This document shows, in pieces, positions 1 through 9,415 of a DNA stretch of 64,000 nt. Made by a program: the position numbers and the translations under genes. The stretch is from Alphaproteobacteria bacterium. GTDB taxonomy: Bacteria; Pseudomonadota; Alphaproteobacteria; Bin95. The notes beneath the pieces are model-generated. The model saw only the letters and a program-made list of their open reading frames with translations. It did no database searches and had not been told where the DNA came from. Position 1 is the stretch's first letter; the number at the start of each line of letters is the position of its first letter. Location: assembly GCA_964291285.2 (NCBI GenBank), contig OZ219789.1, positions 128,001-192,000 of the forward strand, in the 5' to 3' direction.

Positions 1-1
1 C

Positions 2-709
2 CTGAGCCACGGCCACCGCGACCATTATGGCGGGCTCGACGGCTTCGTGACGCAGCACCGCAAGGCGATGAAAGGCGACCTCTCGCTCTATGTCGGCGCG
101 GAGGAGGCGTTCTCGGTGCGCTGGGTGCCGACCGGGCCGCCGCCGAAGCCCGGCGGCAAGCGGGACTATGTCTGCTGGGGCGCGCCCGACCGGACGAGCC
201 TGGTGGCGCAGAACGTCGTGCCCGTCTGCTGCCCGCACCCGCATGCGCTGCCCGGGCCCTTCACCACCGGCTACATCACCCGCGACACCTTCGAGGAGGT
301 CACCGGCGGCTCGATGCTGGCGCCCTACGACCATTTCTCCGAGGCGGAGCGGCGGGGCGAGCTGGTGCGCGACAGCCACCCCGAGGAGCACGCCACCTGC
401 TACATCGTCAGGGGGCACGGCCTGGTGGTGATCTCGTCCTGCGGCCATGCCGGCATCGTGAATTCCGTGAAGACGGCGATGGCGGTCTCGGGCGTCGACA
501 GGCTCCACGCCGTCATCGGCGGCTTCCACCTGGCGACCGCCAAGCCGGACTATGTCGAGCACACCATCGACGAGCTGGAGCGCCTGGCTCCCGACGTGGT
601 GATCCCGATGCACTGCACCGGGACCGCCTTCATCGAGGCGATGCGCCGGCGGATGCCGGAGCGGCTCGTCGCCTCAAATCTCGGCTCCCGCTTCACCTTC
701 GGGGTATAG
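2..709 (+). CDS. MBL-fold metallo-hydrolase (5'-truncated by window edge)
   Basis: The frame open from base 2 reads LSHGHRDHYGG (HxHxDH); later SSCGHAG, GGFHL and PMHCTG motifs are typical of this MBL subfamily. Confidence 0.85.
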   Translation: MSHGHRDHYGGLDGFVTQHRKAMKGDLSLYVGAEEAFSVRWVPTGPPPKPGGKRDYVCWGAPDRTSLVAQNVVPVCCPHPHALPGPFTTGYITRDTFEEVTGGSMLAPYDHFSEAERRGELVRDSHPEEHATCYIVRGHGLVVISSCGHAGIVNSVKTAMAVSGVDRLHAVIGGFHLATAKPDYVEHTIDELERLAPDVVIPMHCTGTAFIEAMRRRMPERLVASNLGSRFTFGV

Positions 710-750
710 GGCCCTATCGCGGTATCCGGCCGGTATGAAACCAACGGCAG

Positions 751-862
751 CCCTTCGATACGCGCCCGCTGGCGCGGGCGCTACTCAGGGTGAGGGAAAC
801 CATGAAGGCAGAGCGCCGGAACTTCCCTCATCCCGAGTAGCGGCGGAGCCGCGTATCGAGGG
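751..862. repeat. REP/RIME-like palindromic intergenic repeat, copy 1
   Basis: Nested inverted repeats CCCTTCGATACGC...GCGTATCGAGGG and CTACTCAGGGTGAGGGAA...TTCCCTCATCCCGAGTAG between convergent genes; a second copy lies at 19961-20090. Confidence 0.85.
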
Positions 863-900
863 ACGGCCGGACCTCCGTTTCAGTTGGAACGGATCGTGCC

Positions 901-1866
901 CTAGAAGCCCCGGTCGCCGGGCCGGGCGAGCGCGCGGCGGACGACCGCCCGCATGAGGTGGACGACGGCGGCATTGTCTTCCACGGGCACGCCGTCGACG
1001 GCGGCGATCACCCTGCCGCTGCCGCCGTCCGTCAACCCGAGCTCGACACCGTACTCGACAATGGCGCGCTCCTCTTCCGGCGTGTGGCACAGTTCCGGGC
1101 CGCCCCGCCTGAGCGCGAGCCCCGCGACTACGCCGTAGCAGCCGATATTGGACGAGGTGCCGACGACCAGGACATCGGCCGGCATCACGGTGAAGATCCC
1201 GCCGCCGCAGGCAGTCTTCTCCTTCAGGTTGAACTCCGGCATCCGGGCGCAGAGCGCGTCGTAAATCCTGCCGAAGCCGATCTCATTGCCGCCGTCGCCG
1301 ACGCCGAGCGTCGGCCTGCCCGCCTCGGTCATCGTCCTGAACAGATGGTCCACATTCGAGCGGAAGGGGTGCCGCGGCGTGCCCGTGACGCCATAGAGAT
1401 TGCCGTGCGGGTTGCCGCCGTGGCGCTCCACGGCCACCGCCATATCCAGCGCCGCCGCGATGGCCTCCTGCTGCGCGATGTCGTGCAGGCCGAGATGCAC
1501 GGTCGGCGCGTCGAGGCCGCAGCGCACCGCGAGCGCCTCCAGCGGCGGCGCGGCCGGCGGGTCGGTATAGAAGCCGACCCGGTGCCCCAAGGCCGCGAGC
1601 GCGCGGGCCAGCACGACCGCGCCCAGCGGGCCGTCATTCTCGCCGGCGGGCATGTGGTCGGGCACGGCCGCGCCGGTCACGATGCCGATATGCGCCGGCG
1701 GGCGGTCCAGCAGTTCGGCGGCGGCCAGCGTCAGCGGCCGGCCCTCGGCTTCCCGCGCCGCCTCGTAAAGGCCCGTCTTGACGCCATGCGGCAGGGCCGC
1801 GCCCTGAAGCTCCAGACAGGAGAGCCGGTCCAGATTGGCGTAGGCTGCTTCGGCGAACGGTTCCAT
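901..1866 (-). CDS. DUF4392 / D-glutamate cyclase-like domain protein
   Basis: ENDGPLGA and GVGDGGNEIG motifs, followed by SNxGxY. Confidence 0.75.
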   Translation of the reverse strand: MEPFAEAAYANLDRLSCLELQGAALPHGVKTGLYEAAREAEGRPLTLAAAELLDRPPAHIGIVTGAAVPDHMPAGENDGPLGAVVLARALAALGHRVGFYTDPPAAPPLEALAVRCGLDAPTVHLGLHDIAQQEAIAAALDMAVAVERHGGNPHGNLYGVTGTPRHPFRSNVDHLFRTMTEAGRPTLGVGDGGNEIGFGRIYDALCARMPEFNLKEKTACGGGIFTVMPADVLVVGTSSNIGCYGVVAGLALRRGGPELCHTPEEERAIVEYGVELGLTDGGSGRVIAAVDGVPVEDNAAVVHLMRAVVRRALARPGDRGF

Positions 1867-1956
1867 GGGTTGAGGTCCTCTTTTCCCTGCGGTCGCATCC
1901 AGAATGAAGGCGCCGGCGCCCCGGACAAGGGCCTCCCGGCCGCGCCGGGCGGTGTT

Positions 1957-2274
1957 CTACCGGACCGCACGGACCTCGAGGTGAAGGCCCTCCCGCTTCT
2001 GGAGGCGTCCGATGATCTCGAACAGGTTCCGCGCCTGCGGATTGCCCTCGGGGCCGAACATGCGCATCAGGCTCTTGGGCGACTTGTCGGTCAATCCGCC
2101 GAGTTCGCGGAACCCGATGGTGGCGTTGATATAGTCGCGCAGCATCGCCTTGCCGGCCTCCATGTCGCCGGAAAGCAGGAGTTCGACTCCTTCCCGGAAC
2201 AGTTCCTCGCGAAACGCCGGATCGCGGTCGACACGCGCCCGGATCGTGTCCCTGAAGTCTCGGGTCACCGGCAT
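1957..2274 (-). CDS. HTH addiction-module antidote-like transcriptional regulator (105 aa)
   Basis: MPVTRDFRDTIRARVDRDPAF...LRDYINATIGF...KSLMRMFGPEGNP matches the HI1420-like antitoxin family. Start reassigned to the ATG at 2274. Confidence 0.75.
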   Translation of the reverse strand: MPVTRDFRDTIRARVDRDPAFREELFREGVELLLSGDMEAGKAMLRDYINATIGFRELGGLTDKSPKSLMRMFGPEGNPQARNLFEIIGRLQKREGLHLEVRAVR

Positions 2275-2279
2275 CTCTT

Positions 2280-3176
2280 TCAAGGCAACTCCTCCCCCAC
2301 CGGGGTCATGGTGACTTCGTGGCGGCTGGTCTGGCTGCCCGCGCTGCGGAGCACACCCTTGACGGGCGCGACATCGGAGTAGTCGCGGCCGCGTGCGACG
2401 GCGACATGGCCGTCGCCGGCGAGGCAGGCATTGGTCGGGTCGTATTCCACCCAGCCCGCGTCCCGCCCGCACCAGGCGCGCACCCATGCGTGCATGGCGT
2501 CCGCACCCTGCAGTCGGAGCCGGCCCGGCGGCGGGACCGTGCGCAGGAAGCCGCTGACATAGCCCGCCGGGATGCCGAGCGCGCGCAGGCAGGCGATCAT
2601 CGCATGGGTGAAGTCCTGGCAGACGCCGCGCCGGCGGCGGAAGGCTTCCAGGGCCGGCGTGTCCACCTCGGTCGCCTTCGAATCGAACGCCATGTCGCGG
2701 TTGAGCGCCAGCCCGACGGCTTCCACCGCCTCCGCCGCGCCCGCGCCCGCCGGCAGGGCCGCGCGCGCATAGTCCGCGAATTCCGGCTCCTCCGGCAGGC
2801 GCGGCGAAGCGGCGAGGAAATGGTGCGGCGCGTCCGGGGCGAGCGAGCGGATGGCGGCCATGTCTTCGGCCAGCCCGGCCGGCGGCGGCGAGCCGGGCAG
2901 CGCGCTCCGCCCCGCTTCCCGGCGCACGCGCGCGGCGAGCGAATAGACGACCTCCTCATGCGCGCCGGCGAAGGCCAGGTCCGTCGCCATGTTCCCGAAG
3001 AAGTCCCGCCGGTCGCGGCGCTCCGCGGGCGGCGGCGAGACATCGACAGCGGCCGCCACGACATGCTGCCCGCCTGTCAGCATCGGCGGCAGCAGGCGGA
3101 GCGTCTGGCGGCTCGCCGCCGCCGGGGCGTCGTAATGCTGGCGGATCGCCAGCGCGATGTCGTAGAGCACAGCCAC
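2280..3176 (-). CDS. Transglutaminase-like family protein
   Basis: GVCQDFTH, HAWV and YDPTN catalytic triad motifs; RGRDYSDVAP. Confidence 0.92.
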   Translation of the reverse strand: MAVLYDIALAIRQHYDAPAAASRQTLRLLPPMLTGGQHVVAAAVDVSPPPAERRDRRDFFGNMATDLAFAGAHEEVVYSLAARVRREAGRSALPGSPPPAGLAEDMAAIRSLAPDAPHHFLAASPRLPEEPEFADYARAALPAGAGAAEAVEAVGLALNRDMAFDSKATEVDTPALEAFRRRRGVCQDFTHAMIACLRALGIPAGYVSGFLRTVPPPGRLRLQGADAMHAWVRAWCGRDAGWVEYDPTNACLAGDGHVAVARGRDYSDVAPVKGVLRSAGSQTSRHEVTMTPVGEELP

Positions 3177-3181
3177 GGCGC

Positions 3182-5383
3182 TCAGGTGAGATAGGCCCCG
3201 GAGACGAGGTCGGAGAGCTCGTCCAGCCGCGCCGCGAGCGCCGCGAGCGCCGCCCTGTCCACCGTCTCCGGCGTCTCGACCGCAATGGCCGCATGGGCGC
3301 GCAGCGCGGCCCGGGCGAGCGGCGACATCACTCCATGCGTCTCCGCGCCGGGCAGCAGCGCGATCAGGTTCCGCATCCGGTCCAGCAGGTAGAGGACCGA
3401 GCGCGGGTTCATGGTGTCGAACACCATGAGGTCCACCACCATGTTGCGCTGCGTGCCGAGCGAATAGCGGCGCTGGTAGGTCATGGTGCAGTCGCCGATT
3501 TCCATGGCGAGGTCGAGCGCGCCCTCCGGCGCGGCCGGGTCCGCGAAATGCGCCAGCGCCGAGGCCGTGCCGGACGCGCGCTCCAGCTCCCGCCCGAGGA
3601 TGAGGAAGCGCCAGCCGGTGAAGCGGTACATGTTTTCGTGGACGAGGCCGGAGAGGCCCGCAAGGCGGTGCAGCAGGGCGGTCATGATGCGCGCCGTGTC
3701 GTCGCCTGCCCGCGCCGTCAGGGCCATCTCCTCGGCGGCCTCGTTCAGTTTGCGCAGCGCCGTCCAGCCGTCGATGGAAAAACGGTCATGCACGCGGCTC
3801 GCGCAGACCAGCGCGGAGTCGAGGGTGCGCAGCAGGCCCTGCGGCACGGCCTCGCCGGGGTCGAGCGGCAGTTCGCGGAGATAGTCCCGGAGGCTTGCCA
3901 GGAGGGGGTTGTCGCGCGCGCCGGTCTCCGCCATGCGCAGGTGGAGCGCGCGCAGCAGCCGGATCGCCGCCTCGGCCCGCTCGACATAGCGGCCGAGCCA
4001 GAACAGGTTGTCCGCCGCCCGGCTCGGCAGCGTGCCCGGCAGCGGGCGCACATAGGCGTCGGACGGCCTGACGGCCATCGTATCGACCGGCACCGGCCCG
4101 TCGCTCACCACCCAGATGTCGGCGACGGCGCCCGGGTCCTCTGCCGGGACGCCGCCGAGCCGGGCATAGCCGCCGGGCATGGCCCGCCAGCCTTCGGGCG
4201 TGCGCGCAAGGAAGAGGCGCAGGACCGCCGGCTCGGCCCGGAGCGCGCCTTCGGCCCGGACCGGCGCGGTGGAGAGCGGCGCGGCCTCCGCCTCCTCCGC
4301 CCACCAGCCCTCCGGCGCGCCCGCCGGGGGGCCGCCCCGCGCTTCCGCGATCTTCGCCAGGAAGGGCGCGAGCGCCGGGTCTTCGAGCACGCCGGTGCCG
4401 AGCGCATTGACCGCCGAGAGCGCGCCCTCTCTGATCGCCGAGACGAGGCCCGGCACGCCGGCGCCGGACGTCTCGTCGAGCTCCAGCGGATCCGCCCGCC
4501 CGGCGCGGAGCCGGCGCCAGACGACCCCGAGCGGGCGCGGACCGGCCACGGTCCGGACCGTGGCCGCGCCGTTCTCCACCGCGATGTCCTCGCCCTCGAA
4601 CAGCATGAAGCCCAGATAGCGCGCCAGATAGGCATGCTCGAAATAGTTCGGGCCCCCGGGGCCGGAAGTCAGCATGCCCACGCGCCCGCCGCCCACCCGG
4701 TCGAGCCCGGCGAGCGCGTTGCGGAACGCCCGGAAGAAGCCCGCCAGGCGATGCACATGGGACTCCTGGAACAACTCCTGGAACACGCGCTGCGTGGCGA
4801 GCCTCGTCTCCAGCGCGGTGCCGGCCCCGGCGGGCGCGTCGGTGCGGTCGCGCAGCACCCGCCACCGACCGTCCGGCCGCCGCGCGACATCGAAGGCGAG
4901 GAAGTGCAGCCAGCGGCCGGACGCCGGCCGGACGCCGACCAGCGGGCGCAGCCAGGCGGGATTGGCCGCGACCGGCCCCGCCGGCAGAAGTCCTTCGGCC
5001 ACCAGCCGGTTCTCGCCATAGAGGTCGGCGGCGACCGCCTCCAGCAGCTCGGCCCGTTGCACGAGGCCGCCGGCCAGGCTCTGCCATTCCCGCTCATGCA
5101 GGATGAGCGGCACCGGGCTGAACGGCCATGTCCGCCCGCCCGCGCCTTCCACCCCCTGCCGGCGGAAGAACACGCCGGCGTCATGCAGATACTGCTCGCC
5201 GCGCGCGGTGCGCCGCTTCAGCTCCGCCTCGGAAAGCCCGGCGAAGCCCTCGACAAAATGCCGCCAGACCGGCCTGACCCGGCCCTCTCCATCGAGCAGC
5301 TCGTCGAAACCGCCCGCCGCCGGACGGTAGCCGGCGAACCGGGGCTCCTGTTCCAACGCCTGCCGTCTCGTCGGCTGCAACAC
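3182..5383 (-). CDS. Circularly permuted type 2 ATP-grasp fused to alpha-E (DUF403) domain
   Basis: YFEHAYLARYLG, DPLELD and VNALGTG motifs; the C-terminal LPSRAADNLFWLGRYVERAE and GRELER are alpha-E motifs. Start placed at the GTG after a GGAG SD; the longer ORF-track extension overlaps nudC antisense. Confidence 0.88.
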   Translation of the reverse strand: MLQPTRRQALEQEPRFAGYRPAAGGFDELLDGEGRVRPVWRHFVEGFAGLSEAELKRRTARGEQYLHDAGVFFRRQGVEGAGGRTWPFSPVPLILHEREWQSLAGGLVQRAELLEAVAADLYGENRLVAEGLLPAGPVAANPAWLRPLVGVRPASGRWLHFLAFDVARRPDGRWRVLRDRTDAPAGAGTALETRLATQRVFQELFQESHVHRLAGFFRAFRNALAGLDRVGGGRVGMLTSGPGGPNYFEHAYLARYLGFMLFEGEDIAVENGAATVRTVAGPRPLGVVWRRLRAGRADPLELDETSGAGVPGLVSAIREGALSAVNALGTGVLEDPALAPFLAKIAEARGGPPAGAPEGWWAEEAEAAPLSTAPVRAEGALRAEPAVLRLFLARTPEGWRAMPGGYARLGGVPAEDPGAVADIWVVSDGPVPVDTMAVRPSDAYVRPLPGTLPSRAADNLFWLGRYVERAEAAIRLLRALHLRMAETGARDNPLLASLRDYLRELPLDPGEAVPQGLLRTLDSALVCASRVHDRFSIDGWTALRKLNEAAEEMALTARAGDDTARIMTALLHRLAGLSGLVHENMYRFTGWRFLILGRELERASGTASALAHFADPAAPEGALDLAMEIGDCTMTYQRRYSLGTQRNMVVDLMVFDTMNPRSVLYLLDRMRNLIALLPGAETHGVMSPLARAALRAHAAIAVETPETVDRAALAALAARLDELSDLVSGAYLT

Positions 5384-5482
5384 CGCTCGCTCCACGGGTC
5401 CGTGTAACGGGACATATGGTATCCGCCCGCGGCCGGGCGCGGTAGCGGCCGGACGGACCGTTATTGCGCCCGGCCGGCTCCC

Positions 5483-6403
5483 ATGCTTCCTTTCGCTCCC
5501 ATGTTGAAGAACCTCTGGTACACGGGCGCGCCGCTCGACCGGATCTCGCATCTGCGCGAGGACCCGGCCTGGATCGCCGCGCGGCGCCGCGCGAAGGACA
5601 CGCGGCTGGTGCCCGTCTGGCGCTCGCGCTCGCTGGTCCACACGGAGGACGACCGGGCGCTGATCCTGACCGTCGAGGAGGCCGGCGACCTGCTCGACAC
5701 CGCCCAGCACGAGGTGGTGCTCGGGCTGGAGGGCGACACGCTCTATATTGGCCTCGACCTCTCGCATCTCGACGACCCCTACGGCCATCCGCGCATCGAG
5801 GCGGAGGGCGCGTTCGAGGACCTGCGCCAGATCGGCCCGGTCATCCCGGCGGACGAGGGCGCCATCCTCGCCCATGCGCGCGGCATGATGACCTGGCACC
5901 AGCGCCACCGGTTCTGCGGCGTCTGCGGCGCGCCGACGGAGGTGAGCCACGGCGGCTACCAGCGCAACTGCACCGGCTGCGGCGCGCAGCATTTCCCGCG
6001 CACCGACCCCGCGGTCATCATGCTGGTCCACAAGGGCGACAACTGCCTGCTCGGCCGCACGCACCAGTTTCCGCGGCGCATCTATTCCACGCTCGCGGGC
6101 TTCGTCGAGCCGGGCGAGAGCCTCGAGGAAGCGGTTGCGCGCGAGGTGTTCGAGGAGGCCGGCGTCACGGTCGGCGAAGTGCGCTACATGGCCTCCCAGC
6201 CCTGGCCGTTCCCGTCGTCGCTGATGCTCGGATTCCATGCCGAGGCGGAGGCGATGGAGCTCAACATCGACCCGAAGGAGCTCGAGGACGCCCGCTGGAT
6301 GACGCGCGAGCAGATCGGCCGGATCGAGGATTTCGACATGGAGCTGCCGCGCCGCGACAGCATCGCCTGGCGGCTGGTCAAGGCGTGGATGGACGGCTTC
6401 TGA
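5483..6403 (+). CDS. nudC: NAD(+) diphosphatase NudC
   Basis: Zn ribbon FCGVCG...CTGCG, Nudix box GFVEPGESLEEAVAREVFEEAG and SQPWPFPSSLM signature. Start may be 5501. Confidence 0.93.
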   Translation: MLPFAPMLKNLWYTGAPLDRISHLREDPAWIAARRRAKDTRLVPVWRSRSLVHTEDDRALILTVEEAGDLLDTAQHEVVLGLEGDTLYIGLDLSHLDDPYGHPRIEAEGAFEDLRQIGPVIPADEGAILAHARGMMTWHQRHRFCGVCGAPTEVSHGGYQRNCTGCGAQHFPRTDPAVIMLVHKGDNCLLGRTHQFPRRIYSTLAGFVEPGESLEEAVAREVFEEAGVTVGEVRYMASQPWPFPSSLMLGFHAEAEAMELNIDPKELEDARWMTREQIGRIEDFDMELPRRDSIAWRLVKAWMDGF

Positions 6404-6434
6404 CCCGATTGCGCCAGCAGGAAGGAGCCCTGCC

Positions 6435-7277
6435 ATGGTTTCGCGCCGCCGCTTTCTCGCAGGCTCGGCCGCAGCGGCGCTGCTGCCCCCGGCAGCCCGC
6501 GCCGTCGGCGCGCCGCTGCCGATCTTCGACGCCCATATCCATTTCAGCCACGACGCGGCCGGGCTCCTTTCCGCCGGAGAAGCTGTCGCCATTCTGGAGA
6601 AGGCAGGGCTGAAGCGGGCGCTGGTATCGAGTTCGGGCGACGCCGGCACCCGCGCGCTCCACGCCGCCGCGCCCGACCTCGTCCTGCCCAGCCTGCGCCC
6701 CTACCGCCGGCGCGGCGAGACCGGCAGCTGGGTCGACGATCCGTCGGTGATCGACTTCCTGGAGGACCGCCTGAAGCGCTTCAAGTGGGTCGCGGTCGGC
6801 GAATTCCATCTCTTCGCCTCCCAGACCGGCAAGGCCGTGCCGCGCCGCATGATCGAACTGGCGCGGCAGCACAATCTTCTCCTGCACGCCCACTCGGACG
6901 CCGGCGCGGTGGACGGGATCTTCTCCCAGTGGCCGGACGCGCGGGTGCTCTGGGCCCATGCCGGCTTCGTCGGACCGGATATCGTCGGCCCGATGCTCGG
7001 GAAGCACGCGAAGCTCTGGACCGACCTTGCCTTCCGCAGCGAACACGCCCATGAAGGCCGGGTCGAGGACGACTGGCGCAGCCTGTTCGCCGCCTTTCCG
7101 GACCGCGTCATGGTCGGCACCGACACCTTCACGCCGGAGCGCTGGCACTATGTCGTCGGGCACGCCGATTGGACCCGGCAATGGCTGACCGACCTGCCGC
7201 GCGGCCTCGCCGAGAAGATCGCCTGGCGCAACGGCGAGGCGATGATCCGGCCCCACCTCGCAAACCTCCGAAAATAG
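6435..7277 (+). CDS. Tat-exported amidohydrolase-family (TIM barrel) protein
   Basis: SRRRFL twin-arginine signal; DAHIH, GEFH, WAHAG and GTD metal-site motifs. Confidence 0.8.
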   Translation: MVSRRRFLAGSAAAALLPPAARAVGAPLPIFDAHIHFSHDAAGLLSAGEAVAILEKAGLKRALVSSSGDAGTRALHAAAPDLVLPSLRPYRRRGETGSWVDDPSVIDFLEDRLKRFKWVAVGEFHLFASQTGKAVPRRMIELARQHNLLLHAHSDAGAVDGIFSQWPDARVLWAHAGFVGPDIVGPMLGKHAKLWTDLAFRSEHAHEGRVEDDWRSLFAAFPDRVMVGTDTFTPERWHYVVGHADWTRQWLTDLPRGLAEKIAWRNGEAMIRPHLANLRK

Positions 7278-7279
7278 CC

Positions 7280-7690
7280 GTGGCCCGCTGGCGCCTCGGC
7301 GGACCGGCTCTGGCGACCATGCTTGCGCTCGTTCTCGCGGCCGACCGGGCGGCGGCCTGCCCTCGTCCGCAGGGCTGGACGGGCGGCGCGGAAATCGCCG
7401 GCGGGCTATGGACGGCATGGTGGCGGCCGGAACCCGCTCCCATTCCGGTCTCCGCGCATTTCTCCATCCGTTTCCACCTGTGCGGGCCGCCGGTCGGCCG
7501 GGTCCGGGTTAGCGGCTGGATGCCGGACCACCGGCACGGCATGAACTACCGGCCCGCGGTGACCCTGAACGACATGTCCGGGACGGCCGAAGGCCTGATG
7601 TTCCACATGCCGGGACGCTGGCAGCTGATTCTGGACGTTCGCGGGGCGGCGGGCCAGGAGAAGCTGACCGGCGAAACGGTGCTGGAATGA
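7280..7690 (+). CDS. YtkA/FixH-like secreted protein with Met/His motifs
   Basis: Signal-like N-terminus; MPDHRHGMNYRP and FHMPGRWQL motifs. GTG start 3 nt after the upstream stop. Confidence 0.65.
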   Translation: MARWRLGGPALATMLALVLAADRAAACPRPQGWTGGAEIAGGLWTAWWRPEPAPIPVSAHFSIRFHLCGPPVGRVRVSGWMPDHRHGMNYRPAVTLNDMSGTAEGLMFHMPGRWQLILDVRGAAGQEKLTGETVLE

Positions 7691-8901
7691 CACGCTGGCG
7701 TTCCGGCGCCTCCGCCGCCGTGCGGCTGCCGCTGCTTGCAATCGCAACCTGCCTGATTTCAGGCATCGCCGCACCGGCCCCGGCGCTCGACTTCACCGCC
7801 GGGGAAAAACACCGGATCCTGCGCCACGGGCCATGGCCGCCGGCCTTGCGGCCCGATCCGAGCAACCGGGTTTCCGGCAAACCGGCCGCCATCGCCTTCG
7901 GCCGGGCGCTGTTCTTCGATCCGCGCCTGTCGCTCTCCGGCGTGGTCTCCTGCGCGAGCTGCCACCGGCCGGACCGGGCCTGGACCGATGGCCTGCCGCG
8001 CAGCCGCGGGCAGCGGGCCGTCGACCGCAACGCGCCCGCCCTGTTCAACCTGCGGTTCAACCGCTGGTTCGGCTGGGACGGCGCGCAGGACTCGCTGTGG
8101 GCGCAAAACCTGCGGCCTCTGCTCGACGGCCGCGAGATGGGCGTCGGCTCCGGCGGCGCGGCGCGGCTGGTCCGCTCCGACCGGCAGCTTTCCTGCGGCT
8201 ACCGGCGCGCTTTCGGCGAATCGCCCGGCGCGGACGACACGCGGATTTTCGTCGATCTCGGCAAGGCGCTCGCGTCGTTCCTGGAAACGCAGGTCACCGG
8301 GCGCACGCCGTTCGACGACTTCCGCGATGCGCTGGCGCTGGGCGACGACGCCGGCCAGGCCCGCTATCCCGCCGTCGCCAGGCGCGGCCTGCGCCTGTTT
8401 GTCGGGCGGGGCAATTGCGCCTTCTGCCATTTCGGCCCCGCCTTTACCAACGGCGAGTTCGCCGATGCCGGCGTGCCGCATTTCGTCGAACCCGGCCGGG
8501 TCGATCCGGGCCGGCTGGGCGGTATCCGCAAATTGCGTAAGAGCCCGTACACCCTGCTCGGCCGCTTCAACGACGACGCGCAGCGTTCCACCGCCGCCAG
8601 GACCCGCCATGTCCGCCTGCGCCAGAGCAATTTCGGGGAGTTCCGGGTGCCGGGCCTGCGCAACGTCGCGCTCACCGCGCCCTATATGCATGCCGGCAGC
8701 CTGGAGACGCTCGACGACGTCGTCCGCCACTATTCGACGCTCGACGAGGAACGGCTGCACGCCGGAGGCGAACGGATTCTGCGCCGCCTGGACCTGAGCG
8801 CGCGCGAACGGGCCGATCTCGTCGCCTTTCTCGAAACGCTGACGGAAAGGGAACCGCTTCGCGAAGCCGCGGGAAAGGACGCGAACCTCCTGTGTCGATA
8901 G
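7687..8901 (+). CDS. Di-heme cytochrome c peroxidase/MauG family protein
   Basis: Two CxxCH motifs (CASCH, CAFCH), LFFDPRLS, WDG and FRVPGLRNVALTAPYMHAG; ATGA overlap with the upstream gene. Confidence 0.9.
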   Translation: MTRWRSGASAAVRLPLLAIATCLISGIAAPAPALDFTAGEKHRILRHGPWPPALRPDPSNRVSGKPAAIAFGRALFFDPRLSLSGVVSCASCHRPDRAWTDGLPRSRGQRAVDRNAPALFNLRFNRWFGWDGAQDSLWAQNLRPLLDGREMGVGSGGAARLVRSDRQLSCGYRRAFGESPGADDTRIFVDLGKALASFLETQVTGRTPFDDFRDALALGDDAGQARYPAVARRGLRLFVGRGNCAFCHFGPAFTNGEFADAGVPHFVEPGRVDPGRLGGIRKLRKSPYTLLGRFNDDAQRSTAARTRHVRLRQSNFGEFRVPGLRNVALTAPYMHAGSLETLDDVVRHYSTLDEERLHAGGERILRRLDLSARERADLVAFLETLTEREPLREAAGKDANLLCR

Positions 8902-8940
8902 CGGTCCGCAGCCGCTCATGCCGGCCGGGCGATACCGGCC

Positions 8941-9411
8941 TCAATCCCCCGCGAACGCGATCAGCCGCCCGCAGACGAGCGCTCCCGGCCAGCAGACCAT
9001 CGAGAGCGCGGCATGGCCGGCCAGGCGGGCGCGCGGGGCGTCCCTCAGCAGGAACCCGTGGGTCCGGCAGAGCGCGAGCGTGGACAGGACCCCGACCGCG
9101 ATGAAGGCCAGCTTGAGCTGCAGGAATTCGACGCCGCTATATTCCCGCGCCCGGACCGAAAACAGCAGCGGCCCCGTGAGCAGGGCAAGGGCGAGCCCGC
9201 TCGCCGCGGCGGGCGCCAGCACCCGCACCACCGCTTCGCGGGAGACGGCGCGCCACACGCCGAGAAGCCGCAGATTGAGCGGAACGACGGCCCCCACCAG
9301 CAGGGCGACCCCGAAGATGTGCGCGGCGTTGACGCCGGCATAGAGCCAGCGGGAAGTCCGCAGGACCTGCGCGAGCGCCGTCCCCTCCACCGCTGCGAAC
9401 AGGGCCTCCAA
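8941..9411 (-). CDS. Small 4-TM membrane protein (DUF2214/DUF6644-like)
   Basis: Hydrophobic helices; HIFGVALLVG...LRLLG, FQLKL-like and GRLIAF motifs. Confidence 0.65.
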   Translation of the reverse strand: MEALFAAVEGTALAQVLRTSRWLYAGVNAAHIFGVALLVGAVVPLNLRLLGVWRAVSREAVVRVLAPAAASGLALALLTGPLLFSVRAREYSGVEFLQLKLAFIAVGVLSTLALCRTHGFLLRDAPRARLAGHAALSMVCWPGALVCGRLIAFAGD

Positions 9412-9415
9412 GGCC

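Noticed and set aside
5384-6649. 1155-aa N-terminally extended ATP-grasp ORF in the track
   Set aside because: The extension is the antisense shadow of nudC; family similarity begins near 5383.
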